Source of the DNA: Aureispira sp.
GTDB lineage: Bacteria > Bacteroidota > Bacteroidia > Chitinophagales > Saprospiraceae
Assembly: GCA_045105775.1 (NCBI GenBank)
Contig: JBGCDW010000054.1
Span: 27,559-51,558 of the forward strand
DNA length: 24,000 nt
Direction of reading: 5' to 3'
Part shown: piece by piece, positions 17,801 through 23,555 of the stretch
How the letters are laid out: the number at the start of each line of letters is the position of its first letter
How positions within the stretch are numbered: the stretch's first letter is position 1
Translations under genes and position numbers: made by a program
Notes under the pieces: generated by a model
Database searches by the model: none
Told to the model about the DNA's origin: nothing
Seen by the model: the letters and a program-made list of their open reading frames with translations, nothing else

Positions 17801-20800
17801 GATGACTTAGGTTGTACCGATTCTATTGCGGTAGTATTGACCGAGCCACTGGCATTGACACTTAACTTGGTAAGTTCTAGCAATAGCAGTTGTTTTGGAG
17901 CCAATGACGGTGCTATTACGGTACAAGGCAATGGAGGAACAGCTCCTTATAGTTATGCTTTGGATGGTATTAATTTTAGTGTTAATAATGCCTTTAATAA
18001 CCTAGTAGCTGGTTCTTATACCATAACCGTCCGCGACAGCCTCAATTGTAACACAACTCTTGCACTCAATCTTACCGAACCAGCCGCAATTGTTCTCACC
18101 AACAACAACCAAACAAATGCGAGTTGTGGGGCTTGTGATGGTACCGCTACGGTGGGTGCTAGTGGTGGCGCGGGTTCATTTAGTTATCTTTGGACAAGTG
18201 GCGAAACCACCCCAACAGCTACGGCTTTGTGTGCTGGAAATAATACGGTAACTGTAACCGATGCCAATGGCTGTACCGCTACCGCTGCTTTTATTATTGG
18301 TAATGCTAGTGGATTTACGGCTAGTGCCAGTATAGATCAAGCTATTAGTTGTTTTGGCAATTGCAATGGTGCCGTAAGTATAGATGCACCTACTGGTGGA
18401 GGCAGTTTTACCACACTCTGGAATACAGGAGCTACAACAGATAGCATTAATAACTTATGTGCAGGTAACTATACCGCTACTGTCACAGATGCCAATGGCT
18501 GTTTTGTTATTCAAACCATCAATTTGGTAGCCCCCGACAGCCTCACGGCTCTTGCAGCTACTTTGCAAGATGTTTCTTGTGTAGGCAATACAGATGGGCA
18601 AGCTACGGTGACTATTAATGGCGGTACAGGGCCTTACACTATTTTGTGGGATGATAACAACGCCAATGCTACCAATACGGCCCTAACGGCAGGGCTACAC
18701 ACAGTGACCGTTACCGATGCAAGAGGGTGTGTGGCTACGGCTAGTACCACTATTGGCAGTCCAACACCACTCAACATTAGCATACAAAACACCACCGCCT
18801 CCAATTGTGGCACCTCAGGCTGTGATGGCACGGCTACCGTTGTGGTAACAGGCGGCCAAGGCTCTTATACCTACTTGTGGAATAATGGCAACACCAGTCC
18901 TACTCCTAATGATTTGTGCCCCAACTTCAATGGCGTTACCGTAACCGATGCCAACGGCTGTACGATTACGGCTAGTGTACTCATTCCAGCCAACAGTTCG
19001 CTCAATCTAAGCCTTAGCAACTCAACCGAACCAAGTTGCCACCGTGCTTGTGATGGCAGCCTAACGGTGGTTGCTGCTGGGGGAAATAACAGCAGCCCTT
19101 ATACCTTCCAATGGGATGATCCTAGCAACCAAAATACCGCTACAGCCAGCAACTTATGTGCAGGAACATATCGAGTAACCGTTAGTGATATTGATGGCTG
19201 TACAGCAGCAGCAGCCTTTACATTGGGGCAGCCCGACAGCATAACCATAAACTTAAGCCCAACAGCCGCGAGTTGTGCTGGGGTTAATAATGGTCGTATC
19301 AGCAGCCTAGCACAAGGAGGCACCATTCCTTACAGCTATCAGTGGAGTTCGGGAGCGACTACAGCTACCCTATCCAATGTTGGAGCAGGCAATTACACCC
19401 TAACGCTTACCGATGCCAATGGCTGTACGGCTATTGCCAATGCTGCTGTATTGGATGCAGATTCGCTGATTACCAATACTAATATTCCTACGCCTTATAA
19501 TGGCCAGCAAATTTCCTGTGCCAATGGCAATGATGGACAAGCTTCTGTCACGGTTACAGGGGGCACCGCTCCTTATAGCTATTTGTGGATTAATGGAGAC
19601 ACAACAGCCACAACTACAGGTTTGCAAGCCAGCACCTATCCTATTACCATCACCGATGCCAATGGCTGCTCTACAATAGATAGTGTTACGCTCATGCATC
19701 CTCCTCAAATTATAGCCAACACACAAATCATTTCTTCTTACAATGGTTATAATACCAGTTGTTATAGTAGCAATGATGGGGTTATTGTTGCGACAGCAAC
19801 AGGGGGCACAGGCAGTTATACTTATCTCTGGTCGGATGGCCAAACAGGAGATACAGCCACGGCACTCAATGGCGGTACTTATGCCCTAACGGTTACAGAC
19901 ATCAATGGATGTTTTATTGTGGTTACCGATTCCCTCACCGCCCCTGATCGTTTGGAAGATACGATTGTGATCAGCCAAACGGTAAGTTGCTTTGGGGGCA
20001 ATGATGGCAATGCAACCGTTATTCCAACAGGTGGTATTGCCCCTTACACTTATACTTGGAGTACAGGAAGCACAACGGCCACTGCTAACAACTTGGCTTT
20101 GGGCTGGCACTATGTTACAATTACGGATCTTAATACCTGCTTCTTGATAGACAGTGTTTATATAACCGAACCAGATGCGATTGAACCCAATTTGAGTGCA
20201 ACCCCAATCAATTGTGCCAATAGTGCGGATGGCTCGGCTACCGCCACAGCAACAGGAGGAACCGCACCCTATCAATTCTTATGGTCTAATAATGGGACTA
20301 CAGCTACCATTAATAATTTAACAGCAGGAACCTATGTGGTTACAATTACTGATGATAATTCTTGTACCATCGTAGATAGTATTGTGGTTGCTGCACCTAC
20401 AGCTATAATTGCAACCGCCCAACAAACACAAGCCATTAGTTGCCCTGTAACAGCCGATGCAGCCGCTACGGCTACCGCCACAGGAGGCACGATTCCCTAT
20501 CGTTTCGTGTGGTCTACAGGGGCCACTACAGCCACCATTCAGACCCTAACGGCAGGCAGCTATCAAGTGACCATTACTGATAATAATGGCTGTTCGGATA
20601 CGGCTAGTATAGTGATTAGTGATCCAGCACCATTACAGGTAACAGTTGCCGCAGATTTGATTTATAATGGGCAAGCTATTAGTTGTGCAGGGGCTGTTGA
20701 TGGGCAAGCGACAGTTACAGCTACAGGCGGCACGGGTTCGTACACCTATTTGTGGCCCGATGGACAAACCACTGCTACGGCTACAGGCTTAGGCCCTCAA

Positions 20801-22798
20801 CTGTATTGGGTATCTGTTACCGATGCCAATGGCTGTTCGGACACCGCTCAAGTACAATTGGCTGCACCAACTCCCTTACAAGGATCGGCCAGTGTTACGG
20901 GTACGATTGATTGTGCTGGGGGCAATGATGGCAGTGCAGCAGCGACCGCCTCAGGGGGCACCCTTCCTTATAGTTATGCTTGGAGTACAGGCGACACCAC
21001 TGCCACAACGACAACCTTGACGGTAGGCAGCCACCAAGTTACCATTACAGATGCCAATGGCTGTTCAGTCACGGCTAGTGTCAACTTGGGCGAACCCAAT
21101 CCAATTGTGCTCATTAGTTCAGCGACTAATGTGAGTTGTTTTGGGGGCAATAATGGTACAGCCAATGTCATTGCTCAAGCAGGCACCTTGCCCTATTCTT
21201 ACTTGTGGTCCAATGGCCAAACAAACAGTACAGCCACAACACTAACGGCTGGCATCCATTATGTCACAGTTACCGATGCCAATGGTTGTTCTCAAATAGA
21301 TTCTCAACTCATCACACAACCTAGCCCAATTGCCATTACATTTAGTAATATCATTGATATTGATTGTGTTAACCATCTAACAGGCACTGCGACAGCTACT
21401 GTAACGGGAGGAGTGGGTGTTTATCGTTACCAATGGAATGGAGTCCCCAATGCTACGGCTACGGCCACCAACCTACTGTATGGTTGGAATGAATTGGTCG
21501 TCTCGGATGCCAATGGTTGCACACAGTTGGATTCGGTCTTTATCAATACGCCCAATCCTATGACCACCACTGCTATTGGTTTAGATGCAGGTTGTTTTGG
21601 GGCTACAGATGGTGAAGGAGCCGTAACCGTTGCAGGCGGAACACCCCCCTATCAATACTTGTGGTCTACAGGAGCGACCAGCTCTGCTATCAACAATTTA
21701 GGAGCAGGTATTTATACCGTCACGGTTACAGATAGTATAGGTTGCTTTACAATAGAAACGGTTGTAATTGGTCAAAATGATCCTTTACAAGCTTTATTCT
21801 CACAGGTCACTGCACCTGATTGTAATAATGGAACAGAAGGTTCTATTACGGCCATTGTACAAGGAGGTTTGTCGCCTTACCAATTCATTTGGAGCACAGG
21901 GCAGCAGCTTATTGATAGCAGTACTTCTACGATTAATAATCTTGGAGCGGGCAACTATTTCTTGACCATTACCGATCAAGAAAATTGTTCTACCACCTTG
22001 GATACAAGCATTCTTGATCCTGCACGTTTGTCAGCTACGGCCAAAGGTTCTAGGTTGCAATGTTTTGGAGATAGTAGTGGTACGATCACAGTGGTCGCTT
22101 CTGGAGGAACAGCCCCCTACTTCTACAGCTTGAACGGCGGGCCTATTCAAAGCAGTGGCAGCTTTACCAACCTAAGCGCAGGTGCATACAATATTGTGGT
22201 GAATGATGCTGGAGGTTGTATATTTACAACTTCTGCAGCCGTTACACAAGCTGATTCGGTGCTACTAGATGTTACAGCTGACCAAAGTATTCGATTTGGA
22301 GAAACCGTTCAATTGTATGTTCGTTTACCCATCAACGCGCCCATCAATCCTGTCATTACTTGGACACCAGCCAATGGATTGAGTTGTACCAATTGTTTCC
22401 AGCCTATTGCACAGCCTTCGCGCTCTACTTTGTATACGGTAACGGTGACAGGAGATAATGGTTGTATCAGTACAGCCGATGTTTTTGTGGAGGTGGATAA
22501 TGATAAAGGGGTATTTGTACCTGATGCTTTTTCTCCCAATGGCGACCGCACCAATGATGTATTTATGCTGTACAGTGCTGGATCCGTAGAAGCTATTGAA
22601 GAATTTATGATCTTTGATCGTTGGGGCGAATTGGTTTGCTTGCACAACAATGTACAACCCAATTATCCAGCTTATGGTTGGGATGGCACCTTCTTGGGCC
22701 AACCTCTGAATGCAGGCGTATTTATTTACTACATCAAGGTGCGTTACTTTGATGGTACCACAGAGATTCTCAAAGGGGATGTGACCTTGATCCGATAA
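11819..22798 (+). CDS. Giant (3,659-aa) T9SS-secreted cell-surface protein, SprB-repeat adhesin-like
   Basis: One uninterrupted ORF. It has an N-terminal signal peptide (MWNHRPLLLLGLLAALLTLGSTLTAQ), a modular repeat body and a type-B T9SS C-terminal domain; sub-features are listed separately. A near-consensus -7 box CAACTTTG lies at 11785-11792. Confidence 0.9.
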   Translation: MWNHRPLLLLGLLAALLTLGSTLTAQVTLTVRITSGSSTTTCTDGFFGGAPEPHWRVEIDGQGYTTYPRRGLCFTNAPNTQYSEVFNCSNRYPVDLPICLRAFEDDGGACIVNESCLEQICQNFATPAPGNTLNYTLSVNGSSSATVNFSITATGSFNLPGAAYNTICNAVNLGTLNSSSTIGNSNLSNYGNFCADNLGEPNPWGNNNDQGVWFQFTTSASPAAVIDIEAESDPQNIGNDIDLQIAIYESSNGTCSGTLSLLEDSYTGFGLLNDEDLSVNCLQPNTTYFILVDGERTNLINNGGQEGFFGLQIVDAGVLQAADEICDAEFLGLVPAGGAVATPNLSRSNVCATNTNDPNPGAWASDQTVWFRFQAPPTGHVIIEADSDPLLPLSNDPIDLQLALYGTNNNTCTGTLDFIASEYTPGLFGEDLDVRCLTPGQNYWILVDGSPLNVDGIFDITVRDGGIPPAPNDLSCDAIPLGAPGNGGTVGLNNQNNYCADNIFEPIPSNWGNDQGVWYTFIAPPSGKVEVRLDNGNIITGDNIDLQVAVYDLTGAVCTGVPNEIRSQHNGIGILWDETMEVECLEPGREYWILVDGEGSLIDPDLQEGTFDIEVFGDPRDLASPYDAPCNALALGDPTGGSIGTSPITNHGSQNNFCADAAGEPQPSGFTADQTVWYTFVAPSTGNVNIDLNSDAVLGGVDPINLQIAVWESPSCNGPWREEVSGDDLIYDVDLDVFCLTPGQVYYVQVDGAPPAILGGEEGYFDLTISEIPSIPVAPNDSICNAIALGNPFAGTVGVTNQQNLCADDLGDPNPSAFGTDQTVWYSFTTPATGGPFAVDIDANSSLPWPFGNRDAIDLQIAVFQSSNNTCTGVLTEVESSYSLLDLFDEQLNVACLEENRTYFVMVDGSFLDVQGYFDISISAATPVPIPTNDLICQHEDLGTVPIGGSLNNGVNYYNFCADVEPGEPSPFGIEQTVWFSFIAPNHPGLNATANVTISVESDPANVGNSVDLQLAVYESSNNTCTGAMTLLEEGSDDPTFSFDAEVNVTCLYPGRRYWVQVDGSIINQEGYFQIEVEDDGAGFRPPYNLICNAEPLGVVPNGGNINNGVNYTNLCSDTEPGEPNPNAFSIDKTVWFTFTAPASGNVTINAENDPNNIGDEIDLQLALYYSVNNTCSGPFLEVDSDHDIFNKDESLTVDCLEGGRLYFLQVDGSNGAFGDEDGWFTLEVTDDGGTSSFPYNNNICAARNFGIPLAPQTLNNESNECANVELGEPGAGSYATHTVWYEFVAPPSGRVEIEVTSSNIFLGMDPEVRLFSSSNNTCTGNLSQIERSNLPTALIPENIEANCLIPGNTYFIQVDGSGLVIEGQFNITIEAIFPNYGTGLAGDPEPSNNACDSAITLAVQSQSCLNASGTFTNLNYGYPTITYNPAFAQGCGGNCGATWYQFTMPASGNAVIEGNDDNIGGGIIGDFSDLVVAAYTGTCNNLTPIDCDQGGFTSDVSFQVAAAPGTTIWLQVFNDDGDDEGEEYQLCISEGCGFDDCLNALAVPMLPNVPYCFNTAGANGEDVAGGSAGYFECSEGDNPENSVYYYFVSDCNGSDVTLSVINAVSNGNCILGITPTDGFNISLFQDATPCDNNPDTLVDCQTFTSCDVQPVNWSQTYTGLSPNTPYIIQIDGGFGALGGDNVGEIMITTTTDPVVAPVSTPLSCSGLNNGTASAVTQGGVGPFTFLWSNNSTDSTATNLAAGTYFVTVTGSNGCFDTASVVVGNSTPLIATITNASDATCGNNCNGQASVTALGGSVATNYTYLWNDPNAQTTATATNLCAGTYTVTVYDDNACFDTTSVVINAPPPILIQVDSIRNIACGGTCDGQISLSASGGTAPNGYQYNWSTGATTAQISNLCAGNYTVTVADDNGCTDTLTIVLTQPSSVTLALTQQSNIDCNGDSTGSIAVIANNGTPNYTYNLYNNTGLLSSNTTGSFGNLPAQAYGILVQDDLGCTDSIAVVLTEPLALTLNLVSSSNSSCFGANDGAITVQGNGGTAPYSYALDGINFSVNNAFNNLVAGSYTITVRDSLNCNTTLALNLTEPAAIVLTNNNQTNASCGACDGTATVGASGGAGSFSYLWTSGETTPTATALCAGNNTVTVTDANGCTATAAFIIGNASGFTASASIDQAISCFGNCNGAVSIDAPTGGGSFTTLWNTGATTDSINNLCAGNYTATVTDANGCFVIQTINLVAPDSLTALAATLQDVSCVGNTDGQATVTINGGTGPYTILWDDNNANATNTALTAGLHTVTVTDARGCVATASTTIGSPTPLNISIQNTTASNCGTSGCDGTATVVVTGGQGSYTYLWNNGNTSPTPNDLCPNFNGVTVTDANGCTITASVLIPANSSLNLSLSNSTEPSCHRACDGSLTVVAAGGNNSSPYTFQWDDPSNQNTATASNLCAGTYRVTVSDIDGCTAAAAFTLGQPDSITINLSPTAASCAGVNNGRISSLAQGGTIPYSYQWSSGATTATLSNVGAGNYTLTLTDANGCTAIANAAVLDADSLITNTNIPTPYNGQQISCANGNDGQASVTVTGGTAPYSYLWINGDTTATTTGLQASTYPITITDANGCSTIDSVTLMHPPQIIANTQIISSYNGYNTSCYSSNDGVIVATATGGTGSYTYLWSDGQTGDTATALNGGTYALTVTDINGCFIVVTDSLTAPDRLEDTIVISQTVSCFGGNDGNATVIPTGGIAPYTYTWSTGSTTATANNLALGWHYVTITDLNTCFLIDSVYITEPDAIEPNLSATPINCANSADGSATATATGGTAPYQFLWSNNGTTATINNLTAGTYVVTITDDNSCTIVDSIVVAAPTAIIATAQQTQAISCPVTADAAATATATGGTIPYRFVWSTGATTATIQTLTAGSYQVTITDNNGCSDTASIVISDPAPLQVTVAADLIYNGQAISCAGAVDGQATVTATGGTGSYTYLWPDGQTTATATGLGPQLYWVSVTDANGCSDTAQVQLAAPTPLQGSASVTGTIDCAGGNDGSAAATASGGTLPYSYAWSTGDTTATTTTLTVGSHQVTITDANGCSVTASVNLGEPNPIVLISSATNVSCFGGNNGTANVIAQAGTLPYSYLWSNGQTNSTATTLTAGIHYVTVTDANGCSQIDSQLITQPSPIAITFSNIIDIDCVNHLTGTATATVTGGVGVYRYQWNGVPNATATATNLLYGWNELVVSDANGCTQLDSVFINTPNPMTTTAIGLDAGCFGATDGEGAVTVAGGTPPYQYLWSTGATSSAINNLGAGIYTVTVTDSIGCFTIETVVIGQNDPLQALFSQVTAPDCNNGTEGSITAIVQGGLSPYQFIWSTGQQLIDSSTSTINNLGAGNYFLTITDQENCSTTLDTSILDPARLSATAKGSRLQCFGDSSGTITVVASGGTAPYFYSLNGGPIQSSGSFTNLSAGAYNIVVNDAGGCIFTTSAAVTQADSVLLDVTADQSIRFGETVQLYVRLPINAPINPVITWTPANGLSCTNCFQPIAQPSRSTLYTVTVTGDNGCISTADVFVEVDNDKGVFVPDAFSPNGDRTNDVFMLYSAGSVEAIEEFMIFDRWGELVCLHNNVQPNYPAYGWDGTFLGQPLNAGVFIYYIKVRYFDGTTEILKGDVTLIR
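11897..12316 (+). other. Unique Cys-rich N-terminal head domain (aa ~27-166) of the giant protein; family unknown
   Basis: VTLTVRITSGSSTTTCTDGFFGGAPEPHWRVEIDGQGY...CLRAFEDDGGACIVNESCLEQICQNF... contains 8 Cys and is not repeated elsewhere in the ORF. Confidence 0.5.
12320..16906 (+). repeat. Tandem array of 10 ~146-158-aa four-cysteine modules (8 canonical, 2 degenerate), coding
   Basis: The first conserved Cys of each module falls at aa 168, 326, 476, 630, 784, 937, 1092, 1245, 1396 and 1542 (nt 12320, 12794, 13244, 13706, 14168, 14627, 15092, 15551, 16004, 16442). Recurrent blocks are C-[ND]-A-x-x-L-G, N-x-C-A-D...E-P-x-P, DQTVW[FY]xFxAPxSGxVxI, IDLQ[IL]A[VIL]Y.S.NNTCTG, V.CL.PG..Y[FW][IV].VDG and G.F.I.V. 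Confidence 0.8.
16934..22258 (+). repeat. 23 tandem SprB-type repeats (~77 aa each), coding
   Basis: Each unit follows the pattern C-x-G-x-x-[DN]-G-x-[AI]-x-V-x-x-x-G-G-x-x-P-Y-x-Y-x-W-[SN]-x-G-x-T-x-x-x-x-x-x-L-x-A-G-x-Y-x-V-T-[VI]-T-D-x-N-G-C. I counted 23 units by eye from SCSGLNNG (aa 1709) to LQCFGDSSG. Confidence 0.85.
22511..22795 (+). other. T9SS type-B C-terminal sorting domain (gliding-motility-associated C-terminal domain, TIGR04131-like), preceded by an Ig-like module (22262-22510)
   Basis: VFVPDAFSPNGDRTNDVFMLY...MIFDRWGELVC...GWDGTFLGQPLNAGVFIYYIKV...LKGDVTLIR matches the conserved blocks of the type-B CTD (P-x-A-F-S-P-N-G-D-x-x-N-D, I-F-[ND]-R-W-G, W-D-G, G-x-Y-x-Y, G-x-V-x-L-I-R). 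Confidence 0.85.
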
Positions 22799-22875
22799 AC
22801 ACACAGATAATTATTATATATATTAATGGTTATCACAAAATAAAAACCATCAACATCATCAACATGTGGGTGGCG

Positions 22876-22912
22876 CGGCAGTACAAAACACGTTTTTTGT
22901 GCTGCCGTTTTT
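22876..22912 (+). terminator. Rho-independent terminator of the giant gene
   Basis: 13-bp stem CGGCAGTACAAAA (22876-22888) / TTTTGTGCTGCCG (22895-22907) with one G-U pair, a 6-nt loop, then TTTTT (22908-22912). It sits 78 nt after the stop. Confidence 0.75.
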
Positions 22913-23068
22913 GTATAACTAAGCATAAGCATCTAGTTTTGCCAGCCTTGATATCACCAATACAATAAATTGCTTAGAAGTTTTTCCTCCAACCATTATT
23001 CGCCTATTCTAAGCTTATTTCAACAATACAATAATGAAAAAATGTTTCAAAACGGAATCAAATCCGCC

Positions 23069-23102
23069 CTTTGTTTTCATTTTGAAAACAAAGTTCTTTT
23101 TT
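23069..23102 (+). terminator. Orphan terminator-like hairpin in the gene-free spacer
   Basis: Perfect 10-bp stem CTTTGTTTTC (23069-23078) / GAAAACAAAG (23084-23093) with loop ATTTT, followed by TTCTTTTTT. No annotated gene ends here. Confidence 0.4.
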
Positions 23103-23263
23103 AAAAATTCATAAAACATTAACCATCATTCATTCTTCATTTTTGGCACTTTATTGGCATAGTGTAAAGCAACTTAACAAGTAAATAACTAAAAATTGAG
23201 TTTTATTGGGAAGTAAAATTCAATGGAAAGATAATAAATTTGGGTTTTAATTGGGGTGATTAA

Positions 23264-23295
23264 AGACTTAGAAAGTCGGGAAGCTTTCTAAGTCT
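23264..23295. repeat. Hairpin A of a twin-hairpin pair (12-bp perfect stem, loop TCGGGAAG)
   Basis: AGACTTAGAAAG (23264-23275) / CTTTCTAAGTCT (23284-23295). Confidence 0.5.
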
Positions 23296-23321
23296 AACTT
23301 CAAAAAATCCAAACAAATTTT

Positions 23322-23367
23322 AAAAAAAGATCTAAAAAGTCGGGAAACTTTTTAGATCTTTTTTTTT
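23322..23367. terminator. Hairpin B of the twin pair (12-bp perfect stem, loop TCGGGAAA) flanked by A-run and T-run; bidirectional terminator-like
   Basis: AGATCTAAAAAG (23328-23339) / CTTTTTAGATCT (23348-23359). An A-run at 23322-23327 and a T-run from 23360 extend the stem. Confidence 0.5.
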
Positions 23368-23509
23368 GTCCCTATTCCAACTGTAAATTTTCAGCTTTTT
23401 AACTACTTCCTAATAAATACCAGTCCCCTACAACTGGTGAATTATCTTTACATTAGTTATACGTACTGTTTTTATAAAAATCTAACTTGTACTTTTAGCT
23501 CAAAAAACT

Positions 23510-23517
23510 TACTTTTG
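23510..23517 (+). promoter_or_regulatory. Candidate Bacteroidota -7 box TACTTTTG with a TTG 20 nt upstream
   Basis: Exact TAnnTTTG match 39 nt upstream of ATG 23556. CTTG at 23486-23489 is at plausible -33 spacing. Confidence 0.4.
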
Positions 23518-23555
23518 GAGACATCATTATCTGACCCCAACGTACACTCTATTCC

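Noticed and set aside
11819-22798. Giant ORF as an Rhs/polymorphic-toxin or RTX-type effector
   Set aside because: There are no YD/Rhs repeats, no GGxGxD nonapeptides and no C-terminal toxin module. The C-terminus is a T9SS type-B sorting domain and the body is adhesin-like repeats.
12679-22932. About 25 minus-strand and off-frame ORFs of 60-159 aa inside or overlapping the giant gene (for example 13097-13525, 19400-19843, 19886-20275, 22325-22804)
   Set aside because: All are nested in the 10,980-nt plus-strand ORF. They have low-complexity, Arg/Ile/Cys-rich translations typical of antisense frames of a Thr/Gly/Asn-rich repeat gene, and show no motifs or signal sequences.
23034-23114. 26-codon ORF MKKCFKTESNPPFVFILKTKFFFKNS in the downstream spacer
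   Set aside because: It is very short, has no promoter or family support, and its codons are the arms of the 23069-23093 hairpin. It is more likely a structural or terminator element than a peptide.
23264-23367. Possibility that the repeated hairpins form a CRISPR array
   Set aside because: There are only two copies and the stems differ. No regular repeat-spacer periodicity exists and no cas genes are in the window.
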